From the NCBI GenBank assembly GCA_965153285.1, contig OZ229115.1: DNA of 64,000 nt; one strand, given 5' to 3'. Origin of the DNA: Podarcis tiliguerta. Its lineage: Eukaryota. Position 1 is the stretch's first letter, and every line of letters begins with the position of its first letter. Both the position numbers and the translations under genes were made by a program. The notes under the pieces were generated by a model that worked only from the letters and a program-made list of their open reading frames with translations, did not search any database and was not told the DNA's origin. This document shows positions 38,571 through 49,560 of the stretch, in pieces.

Positions 38571-39150
38571 AACATGTGGGCCCATTTAGACAGTATGTCA
38601 AAATCCAATCCTGCCAATAAAGAATATTTTCTTCCTTCAACCACTATATCTGTGCCAGTACCAAAAATAGTACCAAAAAATGGCTGTGGAACATGTCATG
38701 AACAAGCTAACAACAACTATGCTTCTTATTGATTGAAATGTTTTTGGAGAGATCTACCCAAACCTACAGGTGAGGTTGATTTTGATACTTGGCCATTGCA
38801 GATTCAATTAATAGAAAATCCTGAAATATAGAGAGTGCATATAGGGAAGCTAAACTACTTTGACATGACGTGTCCATGCAGCTGCTAGGAACTCTACAAA
38901 ATAATGCAACCTTCAGAGCACTTGCATAAACAAAATGCCATAAACTGAATTGACCATTGGAGGGAGGTAGCAGAAGGAAGAGGGTGTCTAAAAAACAAGA
39001 CTGGTTTAGCGTTGATCAAAGAGGTTTATTAGAGTGTGCTGGGTTGACATTTTTAATGCAATTCTGTCTGCAAGACTATTTAAGTCCCAAAAACAAGAGC
39101 TTCCATATGTTCACGGCTGCTGTACAGCACTCATTCTATGGGTACAAATA

Positions 39151-39308
39151 AATTTAAAAATTTAAAAATTGTCCACTAGCACCTTATAGACCAACTAAGT
39201 TTGTTCTGGGTACAAGCTTTCGCATGCATGCACACTTCTCCCGATACTGTATTCTTTCATTTATTTTGACTGCGTCAGACCAACACGGCTACCTACCTGA
39301 ATCTAGAA
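39151..39308. mobile_element. Mini Penelope-like (probably Neptune-type) insertion with internal inversion and decayed hammerhead
   Basis: 16-bp TSD TCTATGGGTACAAATA at 39135-39150 and 39309-39324; minus strand 39208-39247 reads GTAT-CGGGAGA-AGTGTGCATGCATGC-GAAA-GC-TT-GTAC; resembles a common reptile PLE terminus (from memory). Confidence 0.7.
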
Positions 39309-39340
39309 TCTATGGGTACAAATACTGAAGCTAGGGGATG

Positions 39341-39343
<3 letters not shown>

Positions 39344-39373
<30 letters not shown>
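39344..39373. repeat. (TA)n tract left of the PLE (partner tract 40807-40832)
   Basis: Direct reading. Confidence 0.95.
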
Positions 39374-39376
<3 letters not shown>

Positions 39377-39423
39377 GGTTTTGGTGTCCTCGGGTGTCTT
39401 CCCGTGTAAAAGTTGGGGTGTCT

Positions 39424-39464
39424 AGGCGACGTTTCGACGAGGTCTCACTCGTCATCTTCAGGCT
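39424..39464 (-). ncRNA. Minimal hammerhead ribozyme motif (inverted left copy, sense to CAMSAP2 pre-mRNA)
   Basis: Exact reverse complement of 40686-40726. Confidence 0.75.
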
Positions 39465-39643
39465 GGTGCTTTCGGCTTCTTGTTACTGGAACAGAGCAGG
39501 ATCTCAGTGTTTGAGTTCCTATAAATACTGTTGAGGAGGTGTGGTGTATAGCCTCCAATGTTCTGGGCAGAGAGGAGGTTCCCAGGCTAGTGTGCCTTTT
39601 CTTCTTTTGTTCCTTAATTTCCAAAAAGAAACACCCCCCAAGT

Positions 39644-40705
39644 TTCCAAAAAGAAACACCCCCCAAAAACCAAGACACAGAAGAAAACAATGGCATAGCC
39701 CTCCTTCCTTATATCAAGGGCACTACAGATAAAATTAGCAAAATCCTCCATAAACACAATATCAAAACAGCCTTTTGCACCAACCAAAAAATAGCCAATA
39801 TCCTCAGAAACCCCAAGGATAAAATTCAGTTGGAAAACCAAGGGGTCTATGAAATACCCTGCAAAGTCTGCCCAGCCACGTACATTGGACAAACAAACAG
39901 ACGAATAAATGCACGGATCGCAGAACACAAGAATGCCGTCAAAAAAGAAGAAAAAACTTCCTCTCTTTTCCAACACATGAAAGAAACAGGACACGAAATT
40001 AATTTTGCAGATTCCAAATTGCTCTTTAACATGGAACATCACCACAAGAGAATAATCATGGAAGCCATCGAGATAGAGAAACACCCTCACAACATGAACA
40101 AGCGTGACGACACATCCCGCTTGCCAGACATCTGGAAATTAGCCCTCCCCACAAAATCTGACACCAGATCCAGAGGCACACAGAACGCCATCACCAATCA
40201 ACCACACCAGACCCAAACCCAGACCCTCTCCACAGATAAATTACAGACACCATCCAGTAGCCAAACCAGGGTGGCACCTCCGGATGCTGCACCCCCCTGC
40301 AATCCCTACACAGATCTGGCTGGCACAGGCCACAAAACCACAGCTCGCCCCTATACACGAAGCCAAGCCAGAGCACAACCAAGTGCAGTACAGCCATCTT
40401 CTCAGAAAAACTCTTCACAAAGTTCAAGAGTTCAAGACACGAAGGCTTTAGCAACTAATCCACACCTAATGACCCACCTAAGTGGGATTCAGGAAATCAC
40501 TCAAGAAATCACTCAAGATATCCCTCAAGTAATTAAGGAACAAAAGAAGAAAAGGCACACTAGCCTGGGAACCTCCTCTCTGCCCAGAACATTGGAGGCT
40601 ATACACCACACCTCCTCAACAGTATTTATAGGAACTCAAACACTGAGATCCTGCTCTGTTCCAGTAACAAGAAGCCGAAAGCACCAGCCTGAAGATGACG
40701 AGTGA
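39644..40705 (+). CDS. Penelope-like ORF remnant: RT C-terminal end, GIY-YIG endonuclease and S/T/Q/P-rich tail
   Basis: LPYIKGTTDKISKIL...GVYEIPCKVC...YIGQTNRRINARIAEH...QH...MEAIEI...MNKRDD; GVY at 39842, YIG at 39881; no Cys-rich linker before the GIY motif; open to TGA 40703-40705; RT core absent. Confidence 0.9.
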   Translation, partial: FQKETPPKNQDTEENNGIALLPYIKGTTDKISKILHKHNIKTAFCTNQKIANILRNPKDKIQLENQGVYEIPCKVCPATYIGQTNRRINARIAEHKNAVKKEEKTSSLFQHMKETGHEINFADSKLLFNMEHHHKRIIMEAIEIEKHPHNMNKRDDTSRLPDIWKLALPTKSDTRSRGTQNAITNQPHQTQTQTLSTDKLQTPSSSQTRVAPPDAAPPCNPYTDLAGTGHKTTARPYTRSQARAQPSAVQPSSQKNSSQSSRVQDTKALATNPHLMTHLSGIQEITQEITQDIPQVIKEQKKKRHTSLGTSSLPRTLEAIHHTSSTVFIGTQTLRSCSVPVTRSRKHQPEDDE

Positions 40706-40726
40706 GACCTCGTCGAAACGTCGCCT
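40686..40726 (+). ncRNA. Minimal type-I hammerhead ribozyme motif (pLTR, right copy)
   Basis: CTGAAGA-T-GACGAG(TGAGAC)CTCGTC-GAAA-CG-TC; palindromic ACGT helix III as in PLE minimal hammerheads; helix I is weak. Confidence 0.75.
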
Positions 40727-42587
40727 AGACACCCCAACTTTTACACGGGAAGACACCCGAGGACACCAAAACCTGCATTCCTGTACCCGTGAAAATCTAC
40801 GAAAGCATATATATATATATATATATATATATCAGCAGCTAAGTTTTACATCTTTTGTCAGTTAATGGAATTCAAGCCCAGAAACCAAAATGTTGTGGAG
40901 GACTGAGAAACATCTGCCTCCTTCACTAGCTCACCTTGAAAATCAAGAGCAGAACCATGGCAATTAACTTACTTGTGGGAAATAGAACTGCCTTCAGAGT
41001 TTCATCCTGCCCACTTTGTACTCAGGGTCTAAAAGGAATTCTCATTTATTTATTTAGCCAGCAAAATCGCAAGGTGGTATTACAAAGCTCACTTTGAACT
41101 TGCCCTACTTGGAGTGAAGTTCTTGTCTAACCCCACTTTAAGTAGGAGGTTACACAACGTCTTTCTCCTAATGGTTTGAGTCTTTACCCAGTGCTACTTT
41201 TCTAGAAAAAGAGGTGCTGTAGCTCACCATGAACTACTCCCTTGTTCTCTTAGAATGGCAATGGCACCCACCTGAGAGGGGCCGGAGCTGAGCTCCAGCT
41301 GAACAAAAAAATGCCCTAGTCTTTATATGAACTCCTGGCCGCAAGCTTTGAGTAAAATTAGAACAGCCATCTTTGTTCCACATTTGTCTCTACCCATATA
41401 TCATTATTCACTGCACAAATTAAAGATCTCTACCTAAACAGGAAGAGGCTTTAGGTCATCTCTTTATACTATAGGAATGGTCAAGACGCAAATCCAATAA
41501 CAACAAACATTCATATACTGCTTTAGTGAGTATGAAGTGTCCCAAAGAATGACAGTAAGCCCTGCAGCGGACGGCAGCATTATCGCACCATACTTGCCTA
41601 AAGCCACCCAGTGAGATTGTACAAGAAGAAATTTGAACCCAGTATTTCCTGATTCAAAGTTTGGTTTTAACCCTATGTATGATATAGAGTATGTGACTGA
41701 CACAGCACCCGAAATCCTCTTCACCAACCACTTGCTCGTGCCAACCATTTCCTTGAAACATCAGCAACAAGGTCAGAAGCACCCTAGCTATTCCTTGGCA
41801 AGCATTGGCAAAACACAAGTAGGGAAATGTAATTTGAGGAGAATGGCTGAGATTTCCTTTGCCGGCAGAAGAGGCACTTACAGAGTGCCAATCGGGAACA
41901 TCATAAAACATGTTCCTACTCTGCTGCCAGATACACTGGCACGAACATTCAGGATAATGCAGGTCAGAATAAACTGAAAAATACACACATCCACCCACTC
42001 TGGCACACAGGATAATGAACACAGTACTATTTTTACCTTCCAAACTGCATGGTTTTACATAAAAATAAAATACAATTGCACTGGTGTTGTTTCTGCCTAC
42101 TCTAATATTACAGCTATACTACCAGATTAGTTAAAGTCAGTTATCGCTGACTACTTCTCCTAGGTTTCAGTCAAGCCTTCTCCCTGACTTGCCCATGTTT
42201 CTAGTCCATAGTTTTTATTTTCATTCTGGAACGTTCAATCATGTAAACCCTAAACTGCAGTCCGATGTGGTACAGCCTAATACAGGTTTTCTTCCTCATC
42301 TGCCATTTCTGAGAATTAAGCTTCTTTTTCAGGCAGATTCATTGTCTGAATTCAGATTCAAGACTAAACATGCAGTTTAGAATTACAAGGAACCCCAGTG
42401 AGACTTGAGAGTCATATGCTTTCCTGGCAAGACTACAAAGGTGAACTGAAACTTTCTGTTTTTGATTAACTACAGTTTACTGTTTCACCTGAACCAAGAA
42501 CCATGGTTAACCTTAACGATGTGTTGTTGAAACAAGCCAGCTTCACAACCCATTGTTGGCTATTTAAGCAAACCAGAGCTAGCTAGC

Positions 42588-42856
42588 TAAATAAATAAAT
42601 AAAATATTATGTATACCCCGCCCATCTGGCTGGGTTTCCTCAGCCACTCTGGGTAGCTTCTAAAATACAACAGTCTATTAAACATTAAAAGCTTCCCTAA
42701 ACAGGGCTGCCTTCAGATGTCTTCTAAAAGTCTGGTAGTTGTTTTTCTCTTTGACATCTGGTGGGAGGGTGTTCCACAGGGCAGGTGCCACTACCAAGAA
42801 GGCCCTCTGCCTGGTTCCCTGTAACTTGGCTTCTTGCAGCAAGGGAACCGCCAGAA
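42588..42856 (-). mobile_element. L2-like LINE 3' end
   Basis: Minus strand encodes LVVAPALWNTLP...TFRRHLKAALF, typical of the L2 ORF2 C-terminus, followed by an AT-rich tail. Confidence 0.7.
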
Positions 42857-44060
42857 GGTCCAGAGTTGGGCAAAAAGACTCCTGCATTGCAGGGGGTCGG
42901 GCTAGATGACCCTCATGATCCTTTCCAATTCTACAATTCTAAGATTCTATGTTTTTCTTCGCATTTTAACACCAAATCTACTTAAAATGAAAAGGAGAAC
43001 TTTCACTTGCCACTTTATCACCATACTGAAGGAGATGCAAGTTTTGAAGTTTTTAAAAAGAGATTCAGAATAATATTCATAGCCCCAATGAAGTTCGTTG
43101 AGATTTACTGTACAAACATTGTTTTGAAGAAAGAACATGGATTGCTTATCTTCTACTATCAAATCAGAAAACTGCGACTTCCTTTATAGGGAGAAAAAAC
43201 AGCTTGGCGAGTTACAGAGCCAACAACAAGCAGGAAGATCAACAAAAATGTCAAAGCCTTTTTTTAACGTATGTCTCATCTTTCCTGCCCTGCCTTGCTA
43301 CACTAATTAGATTTTCTAAATTATCCTGTGATTCTCTTTACCATACCATTTTGTTCCTTCACAAGAACTGAAAATATACTTTCTGTTACAGTATTTTTCA
43401 AATAGAAGCAAGTCTGAAGAGGTTTTAAACATGTGCTCTTGTTTATATGGCTAAATTTTTTTTAAAAACAGGACTCCTGACTCCCACTGAATTTAACTTT
43501 CTCTTCTGCAGAACGCATTCCAAAGTAATCCCATTTCTGTAGATTAAGTTACTTGAATTCACAAAGATTTGACTCAGAATAAGTATTAATGAACTATAAT
43601 GACTATTCACCCTGCTTCCAAAAAATTTAGATACGAAAATTAATTGGCTTAATACTACAGCAGCTTACTTTCATTAATACTTCTGAGGTAATAAAAAGAA
43701 TTTGCACTTGCATCATATGAGTATCAAACTTTATTTTGGTCACAGAGCAGCGTAAGATAAAACATACGGATAAAATGAACACATAAGACTTAAAACAGGT
43801 AAGGAATAAAAACTAGTACTTAAAAGGTGATTGTATCAAGCATACTTAAAAAGACAGAAACAGGGACAAACAGTTAAAAGTGACTATAAGGGAGGGAGCG
43901 TGAAGGAGCCACAGGTCTTGCATTTTGGGCCTCATTTGTGGCGCAAACCATCCTTCACTGAATAGCCATCATGACAGTGCAGAATCTAGCAACTGAGTAT
44001 GTAACATCTTGTTGAAGTAGCAGGGAGGTATAAAGTTGTTCTGTGCGACCTGGGAATTTA

Positions 44061-45081
44061 CCGTATTTTTTGCACCATAACACTCACTTTTTTCCTCCTA
44101 GAAAGTAAGGGGAAATGTCTGTGCGTGTTATGGAGGGAATGCCTACGGGTGGCGGGGGGGATCTGCTGCAGTCGTGAGCAGAGGATCCATGGTTCCCCTT
44201 CCTTCCCTCCTCCGTGGCTTGCTTTGAAACAGCAAAGCGGGAGAAGAGCCGCTGAGTGGGGAGGAGAGAGGGACAGAGAGCCTGGAGAGGAGCCGCTTAC
44301 ACAAGTGTAAGCGGTTCCTGTCCGGTTGGTTCCTTTAAAGCAAGCAGGTTCTCTGTCCTCTCTCCTCCCCACTCAACTCGCTAAATAGCAGCAAAGTTTA
44401 TCAGCTCGCTAAGCCGGGGATGAGCGGGGAGGAGGGAGAAAAGCAGAGCCTGCTTGCTTTAAAGGAGCAAAGTGGGAGAGAAGAGGAGCCTTCTCCCCTT
44501 ATACCCCTCTTCTTCATTATTAGCAGCATCCTTCTCCACCCACCCCACGTGTGCTTCTTCTCCCCTTAAACCCCTCTTCTTCATTATTAGCAGCATCCTT
44601 CTCCACCCACCCAAGGCGTGTTCCTTCTCCCCTTAAACCCCTCTTCTGCATTATTAGCAGCATCCTTCTCCACACACCCCACGCGTGCTCCTTGTCCCTT
44701 GAGTGCTTTTCCTTCCCTCCCCACTTAAAACGTGGTTACAAAGCACGGATCCACATGGATCCTCAGGATTTTTGCACTGGGTCACCCCAAATTCACCATC
44801 AGATCACATAGCATGTCCATGGCTACATCTTGCACCAAAAAAATCACGCACCAACTGTTGCCTGGGGCTGCAGTGGTGCAAAAACGTGGTTACAAAGCAT
44901 GGATCCACATGGATCCTCAGGATTTTTGCATTGGCCTACTCCAAACTCACTGTCGGATCACATGTCTGTGGCCACAGCATGAACCACAAAAATCATACAT
45001 CCACTGTTTCGTTTAGAATATTTTTTTTTCTTGTTTTCCTCCTCCAAAAACTATGTGCGTGTTATGGAGCGAAAAATACAG
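44061..45081. mobile_element. Non-autonomous Tc2-like DNA element with internal ~70-bp and ~155-bp direct repeats
   Basis: TA-CCGTATTTTTTGCACCATAACAC ... GTTATGGAGCGAAAAATACAG-TA; repeated CCCCTCTTCTTCATTATTAGCAGCATCCTTCTCCAC (44490-44700) and AAAACGTGGTTACAAAGCA.GGATCCACATGGATCCTCAGG (44727, 44881). Confidence 0.8.
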
Positions 45082-46368
45082 TATATAGTATAGGGAAGGT
45101 GAACCTATATCTGTATAAGATTTGGCAGTGAAAAAATACATATTCTGTTGTTTCTAGTTGCCCAGAGCCGCATGGGCATTTTCTCTCCTCGTACGATGTC
45201 TTCCTAAAGCGGCCTTCCTGAATGACTGAAGGGAGGGCATGGCAGTGGGCCAGAGTGAAAACCCTTCACTGTTTTGGAATTTCAAGGTTGGTTATATATG
45301 GCATCTGGGAGGTGTCTTCTGGTTTCACTGATTAAAAATTTCGGGGACTTGGCTAGATCTGCTTGGCATTTGGTATCTTCCACGTGCTGTTTGATGGTTT
45401 TTTGTTTTTTTGCTTGTTCATACCCCATGTCAAGTAGGATCTGCAGGGTGAAGCCTAGAGTTATTATGTTTATCACTAAACGTTTCCATGTTGTGTGGAA
45501 ACCGTTCCTAATAGTTAAGGGAGCAAGGCCACCAATGTACCATGGGCAAGGTTTGGGCCTTTTGCAAACCATGATTTTGGTTTTCTGATAATGTAGTTCT
45601 AGTTTGCTCTCCTTGCAGTATGCTGCCAGTGTTTACATGCTTCTTTTAAGGCCTAAAGGAATTCTGGAGAGGATTGCTGTGTCATCTGCATAAAGCAGCA
45701 CAGGGATATGCTTTCCTGCTAGTTTCGGAGGGTGGAAGCTCATATTGTGGTAGAGGAGTACCATATCATTTATATAGAAATTGAATAAAAATGGGGCCAA
45801 TATGCACCCTAGCTTGATGCCTTTCTTGGTTTCAACTGCATTAGTTAGATGGCCCCGAGAGTTACATCGTTTTTTTAACAAGGTCTCTTCATGTAGTGTG
45901 CGTATTAAGTATAGCAGGTGTCTGTCTAGTGTGGAGGTCTCCCATAGCTTAATTCTGGATATAGAGTCAAAGGCTGCTCTGAAGTCAATTAAGGCCACAT
46001 AGACTGAGACAGTGCTACTAGATGAGTACTTTTCTATTAGGCGTTGAAGAATGAAACATTAGTCGATAGTTCAGCGGCCTTCTCTGCAAGTATACTTTCT
46101 AGTTCCAGCCAATCTTGGAATTTCTGTTGTAGATGTCTCACATACAGTTTACTTATTGTATTAAGGAGATTGATTGGTCTACAGTTTGCGGGATCCTCTT
46201 TCTTGCCTTTTTTGTATATTGGGACAATGACTGAATGTCCCCAGTCTTTGGGAATACATTGGTAAGCATCAATACATGTGAAAAGTGAGGCTAGGCTAGG
46301 GGCCCAGAAATCCAGGTTGTTTTTAATGACCTGTGCTTTCCCCTGTTTTAGTTGAGCTACCAGGCTCT

Positions 46369-46720
46369 TGGGTTGCGCTGTGGTCTAAACCACTTGGGTT
46401 TGCCGATCAGAAGGTCAGCAGTTCAAATCCCTGTGACGGGGTGAGCTCCCATTGCTTGGTCCCAGCTCCTGCCAACCTAGCAGTTTGAAAGCACGTCAAA
46501 GTGCAAGTAGATAAATAGGTACCGCTGTGGTGGAAAGGTAAACGGCATTTCTGTGCGTTGCTCTGGTTTCGCCAGAAGTGGTTTAGTCATGCTGGCCACA
46601 TAACCCGGAAAAAGTGTCTGCAGACAAACGTCAGCTCCTTCGGCCAGTAAAGCGAGATGAGCGCCGCAACCCCAGAGTTGTTTGCGACTGGACTTAACGG
46701 TCAGGGGGCCTTTACCTCTT
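46369..46720 (+). mobile_element. Sauria SINE inserted in LINE RT
   Basis: GCGCTGTGGTCTAAACC head and CCTTTACC tail; TSD TAC(C/A)AGGCTCT at 46358-46368 and 46721-46731. Confidence 0.87.
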
Positions 46721-48403
46721 TACAAGGCTCTCAATCTCTGTCCTTGTTACAGGCAGGCCCCACTTTGGGAGGTTCACTATGTTTTGAGTGATTTGGCCTC
46801 TCCCACCATCCCACCTTGTAGAGTTCCTGAAAATGTGTCTCCCATATCCTTGGCAGGATATAACATTCTGTCATTGGCAATCTGTTAGTTTGGGAGAGTC
46901 TTATGCATCATAAAGATTAACAAAAGCTCAAAGGTAACCAAATCACAAGTGACTACAGATTTGCACTAAAAATAAACTTATTTTGGGGGGTAATCATAAA
47001 AAAAGGAAAAAAGAAAGAAAGATGAGAATGCTAGTTTATACAGAAGAATACACTGTCCAAATTACTTAATGACCTTCATTTCTTCCTAGTGCAGGCTTCA
47101 TACTGTATAGGAACACTGGGCATAGAAACATTTCTACTGTAGCTTTCTTTCAACAATGAATTTTGAATTTAAAAAACACACATTCATGTTATGTCACTCA
47201 TTCATAAATTTGGAGCTGTGAATTAGGTTTGTACAGCTGAGTCTGTCCAGTTGAGTTAAGCATAAAGACATTTGGGAAACGGTAAGTCTGCTCTCATCTT
47301 AATATAAGTTGATGGAGTGAATACCTAACCACTGCAGCTCAGAAACCATGTGAATCCAAACCCTTACAGCAGATAGCACTGCTAAGGGATAACTAGATGT
47401 GACGGTGCAGCTGTGTGTACTCATCTATCACACTCATGTAAAAAGCAGAGGCTGGGGAAAACTGTGAGGAACATTTTGGCACTTTGTAAGGATTCCAAGC
47501 ACCTTAGCAGTAGACAAGGCCCAGCCTTCTTCCTAATGGTTCAGGAAGAAGATCACTCCTACAATCACACTGAACTGGGGGAGCACAACAAAACAACACT
47601 CCAGCCTTATTCTTGAGCTTGGAGCTGCAAAGGAAATAAAGGATCACTGCCACATTTTCAGTGCTTCTGAGGCCTTTTGAGTTTATCCCAAACACAGGAA
47701 AACTACTGTGAAACACCTCCACCCTTTCCTCAGCTTCAAGCTGAAAGAGAGAGCTGGGGGTTGTTGTGGTGCATTTCCAAGTGCGCAGAGTGCTTCGCTG
47801 GAGATGATAACCCATTCCTTCTCCTCAACCTTCTGGGTTGAGATTCACTACACTCACCAGAGGGAGGGGTGGGGACATTTACCCTGGCAAACCTGGATAG
47901 AAGATTTGCAGATCTCTAGTAAATTGATTTGGTATGGAGAAGTGTCTTTGGTCTGTCCTGTACCTCCTGCCTATCAATTTAATTAGATGGCCAACCATAT
48001 CCTAGTCCTTTAGGAGAGACATGTTTCTCTCTCTTCTCTTTCACTCCCTCACCCACAGCTTTCTTCTTTCTAGCGTCTCAACATCTTTTAGACTTTCATT
48101 GCACAAAAGATGCTTTGAGTCTTGATCACTTAGTTTTCCTTTCCTTTGTTAGCTCTACAGTATCGTATTTTTTAAAACTGAGGGATACTTCAGAAGAAGA
48201 CTGCAATCTGGCATTAAGAAAATAATTTGAAGCTCCAGTGGACATGCCTCAAACGGCTTCTGGAGATACAGATAAAAAGAGGACGTCTTGGGTCATGAAA
48301 ATGAACAGTGTACACTTAGGAATTCTAGCTAACCTATTTCCACTTGCATAAGTACCGTGGACATGCACCGTGAGTTTTAGCTTTAAGCAGCATATAATAA
48401 ATA

Positions 48404-48645
48404 CAGTGGTACCTCGGGTTACATACGCTTCAGGTTACATACACTTCAGGTTACAGACTCTGCTAACCCAGAAATATTACCTCGGGTTAAGAACTTTGCC
48501 TCAGGATGAGAACAGAAATCGTGCAGCAGCAGCGCAGCGGCAGCAGGAGGCCCCATTAGCTAAAGTGGTACTTCAGGTTAAGAACAGTTTCAGGTTAAGA
48601 ACAGACATTCAGAACAAATTAAGTTCTTAACCCGAGGTACCACTG
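48404..48645. mobile_element. Tigger-like MITE (second family)
   Basis: TA-CAGTGGTACCTCGGGTTA ... TAACCCGAGGTACCACTG-TA. Confidence 0.88.
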
Positions 48646-48652
48646 TAAATAA

Positions 48653-48684
<32 letters not shown>

Positions 48685-49560
48685 AATATAGCATGTAGCA
48701 GTTGTGAACAAGAAGCATGGGGCTCCCACCTTAAGTTTACAATAAGCCAGTAACTGGGAACCTGATACTAAATTTGGTAAATTAATGTTCTGCTTTCTTC
48801 TCTGCTATCCCAAAGGGCTATGAAGTCAGGCAGTAAAGCTAATGAGCAGTTTTAACTAGCTATTTGTGCACATACTGGCTTGCCATAAGTATAACGTTGG
48901 TAAGATTATCAACTGAAGTTAGTAGGAATGACTTTAAGATGGAGGAGAGATAGCATCAGGAAGTAATTTATGTTCCACTTTCAGAAAGCATTTACCACAA
49001 AGAGGCTCAAGTCTTGATTATAGAAACACAGCCCAGTTTTATGTCGCTCTGAAGATTCTGCGGTAGAGGAAGAGGTTTCCCCTGGGAGCAGCCTATACTA
49101 CACAAAGCAGGCAAAGTTGGACAGCTCTGCTGCTTATTTCTTTCGGCACAGGCAACTAAGATGAGACACAGGCAACTCCACCTCTGCTCTGTCCTTACCT
49201 CAACGGTAAGTGGCACTCCTGAAGCACTGGTGCCAAGAGCTTATCTTGAACCTCTGGCTCTATATAGAACAAAATATCCCCAAGTGAAAGATACAATAGA
49301 TCTCTGCCCCAAGTTACTGGCAAGAAAAATGAAGGTTTAAGAAAGATCCCTTGCTTCTCAATTTAACCAATAATTAAAATCCTTTGATGCTACTAAATAT
49401 ACACACAGTAGTACTCAGCAGAACCATAAAGCAGTACAATATGATCCTAAAAATACAACAATCAATTTCTAAAAGCTACAACAGACATAATACAACCAAC
49501 ACTATAACAAAGAACAACAAACCTTAACAGCAGCAAGACTAATAATAATTGTACTTATTA

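Larger units (their letters stand above)
39372..40806 (+). mobile_element. 5'-truncated Penelope-like retroelement (Penelope/Poseidon type) with inverted pLTR copy
   Basis: GIY-YIG ORF; 39372-39619 is the reverse complement of 40531-40778; short 3' extension 40779-40806 on the right copy only; (TA)n on both flanks. Confidence 0.93.
43726..46890 (-). mobile_element. Degenerate non-LTR retrotransposon (LINE, possibly RTE-X/L2-related) RT and 3' end, interrupted by a Tc2-like element and a Sauria SINE
   Basis: Minus-strand RT fragments EIESLVAQLKQGKA, PIYKKGK.EDPANCRPI.LL, IDFRAAFDSI, GCILAPFLFNFYIND, LLYADD; AATAAA tail near 43730; boundaries approximate. Confidence 0.8.

Noticed and set aside
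39445-39696. 83-aa minus-strand ORF sharing its C-terminus with the 388-aa ORF
   Set aside because: Simply the inverted pLTR copy, not a separate gene
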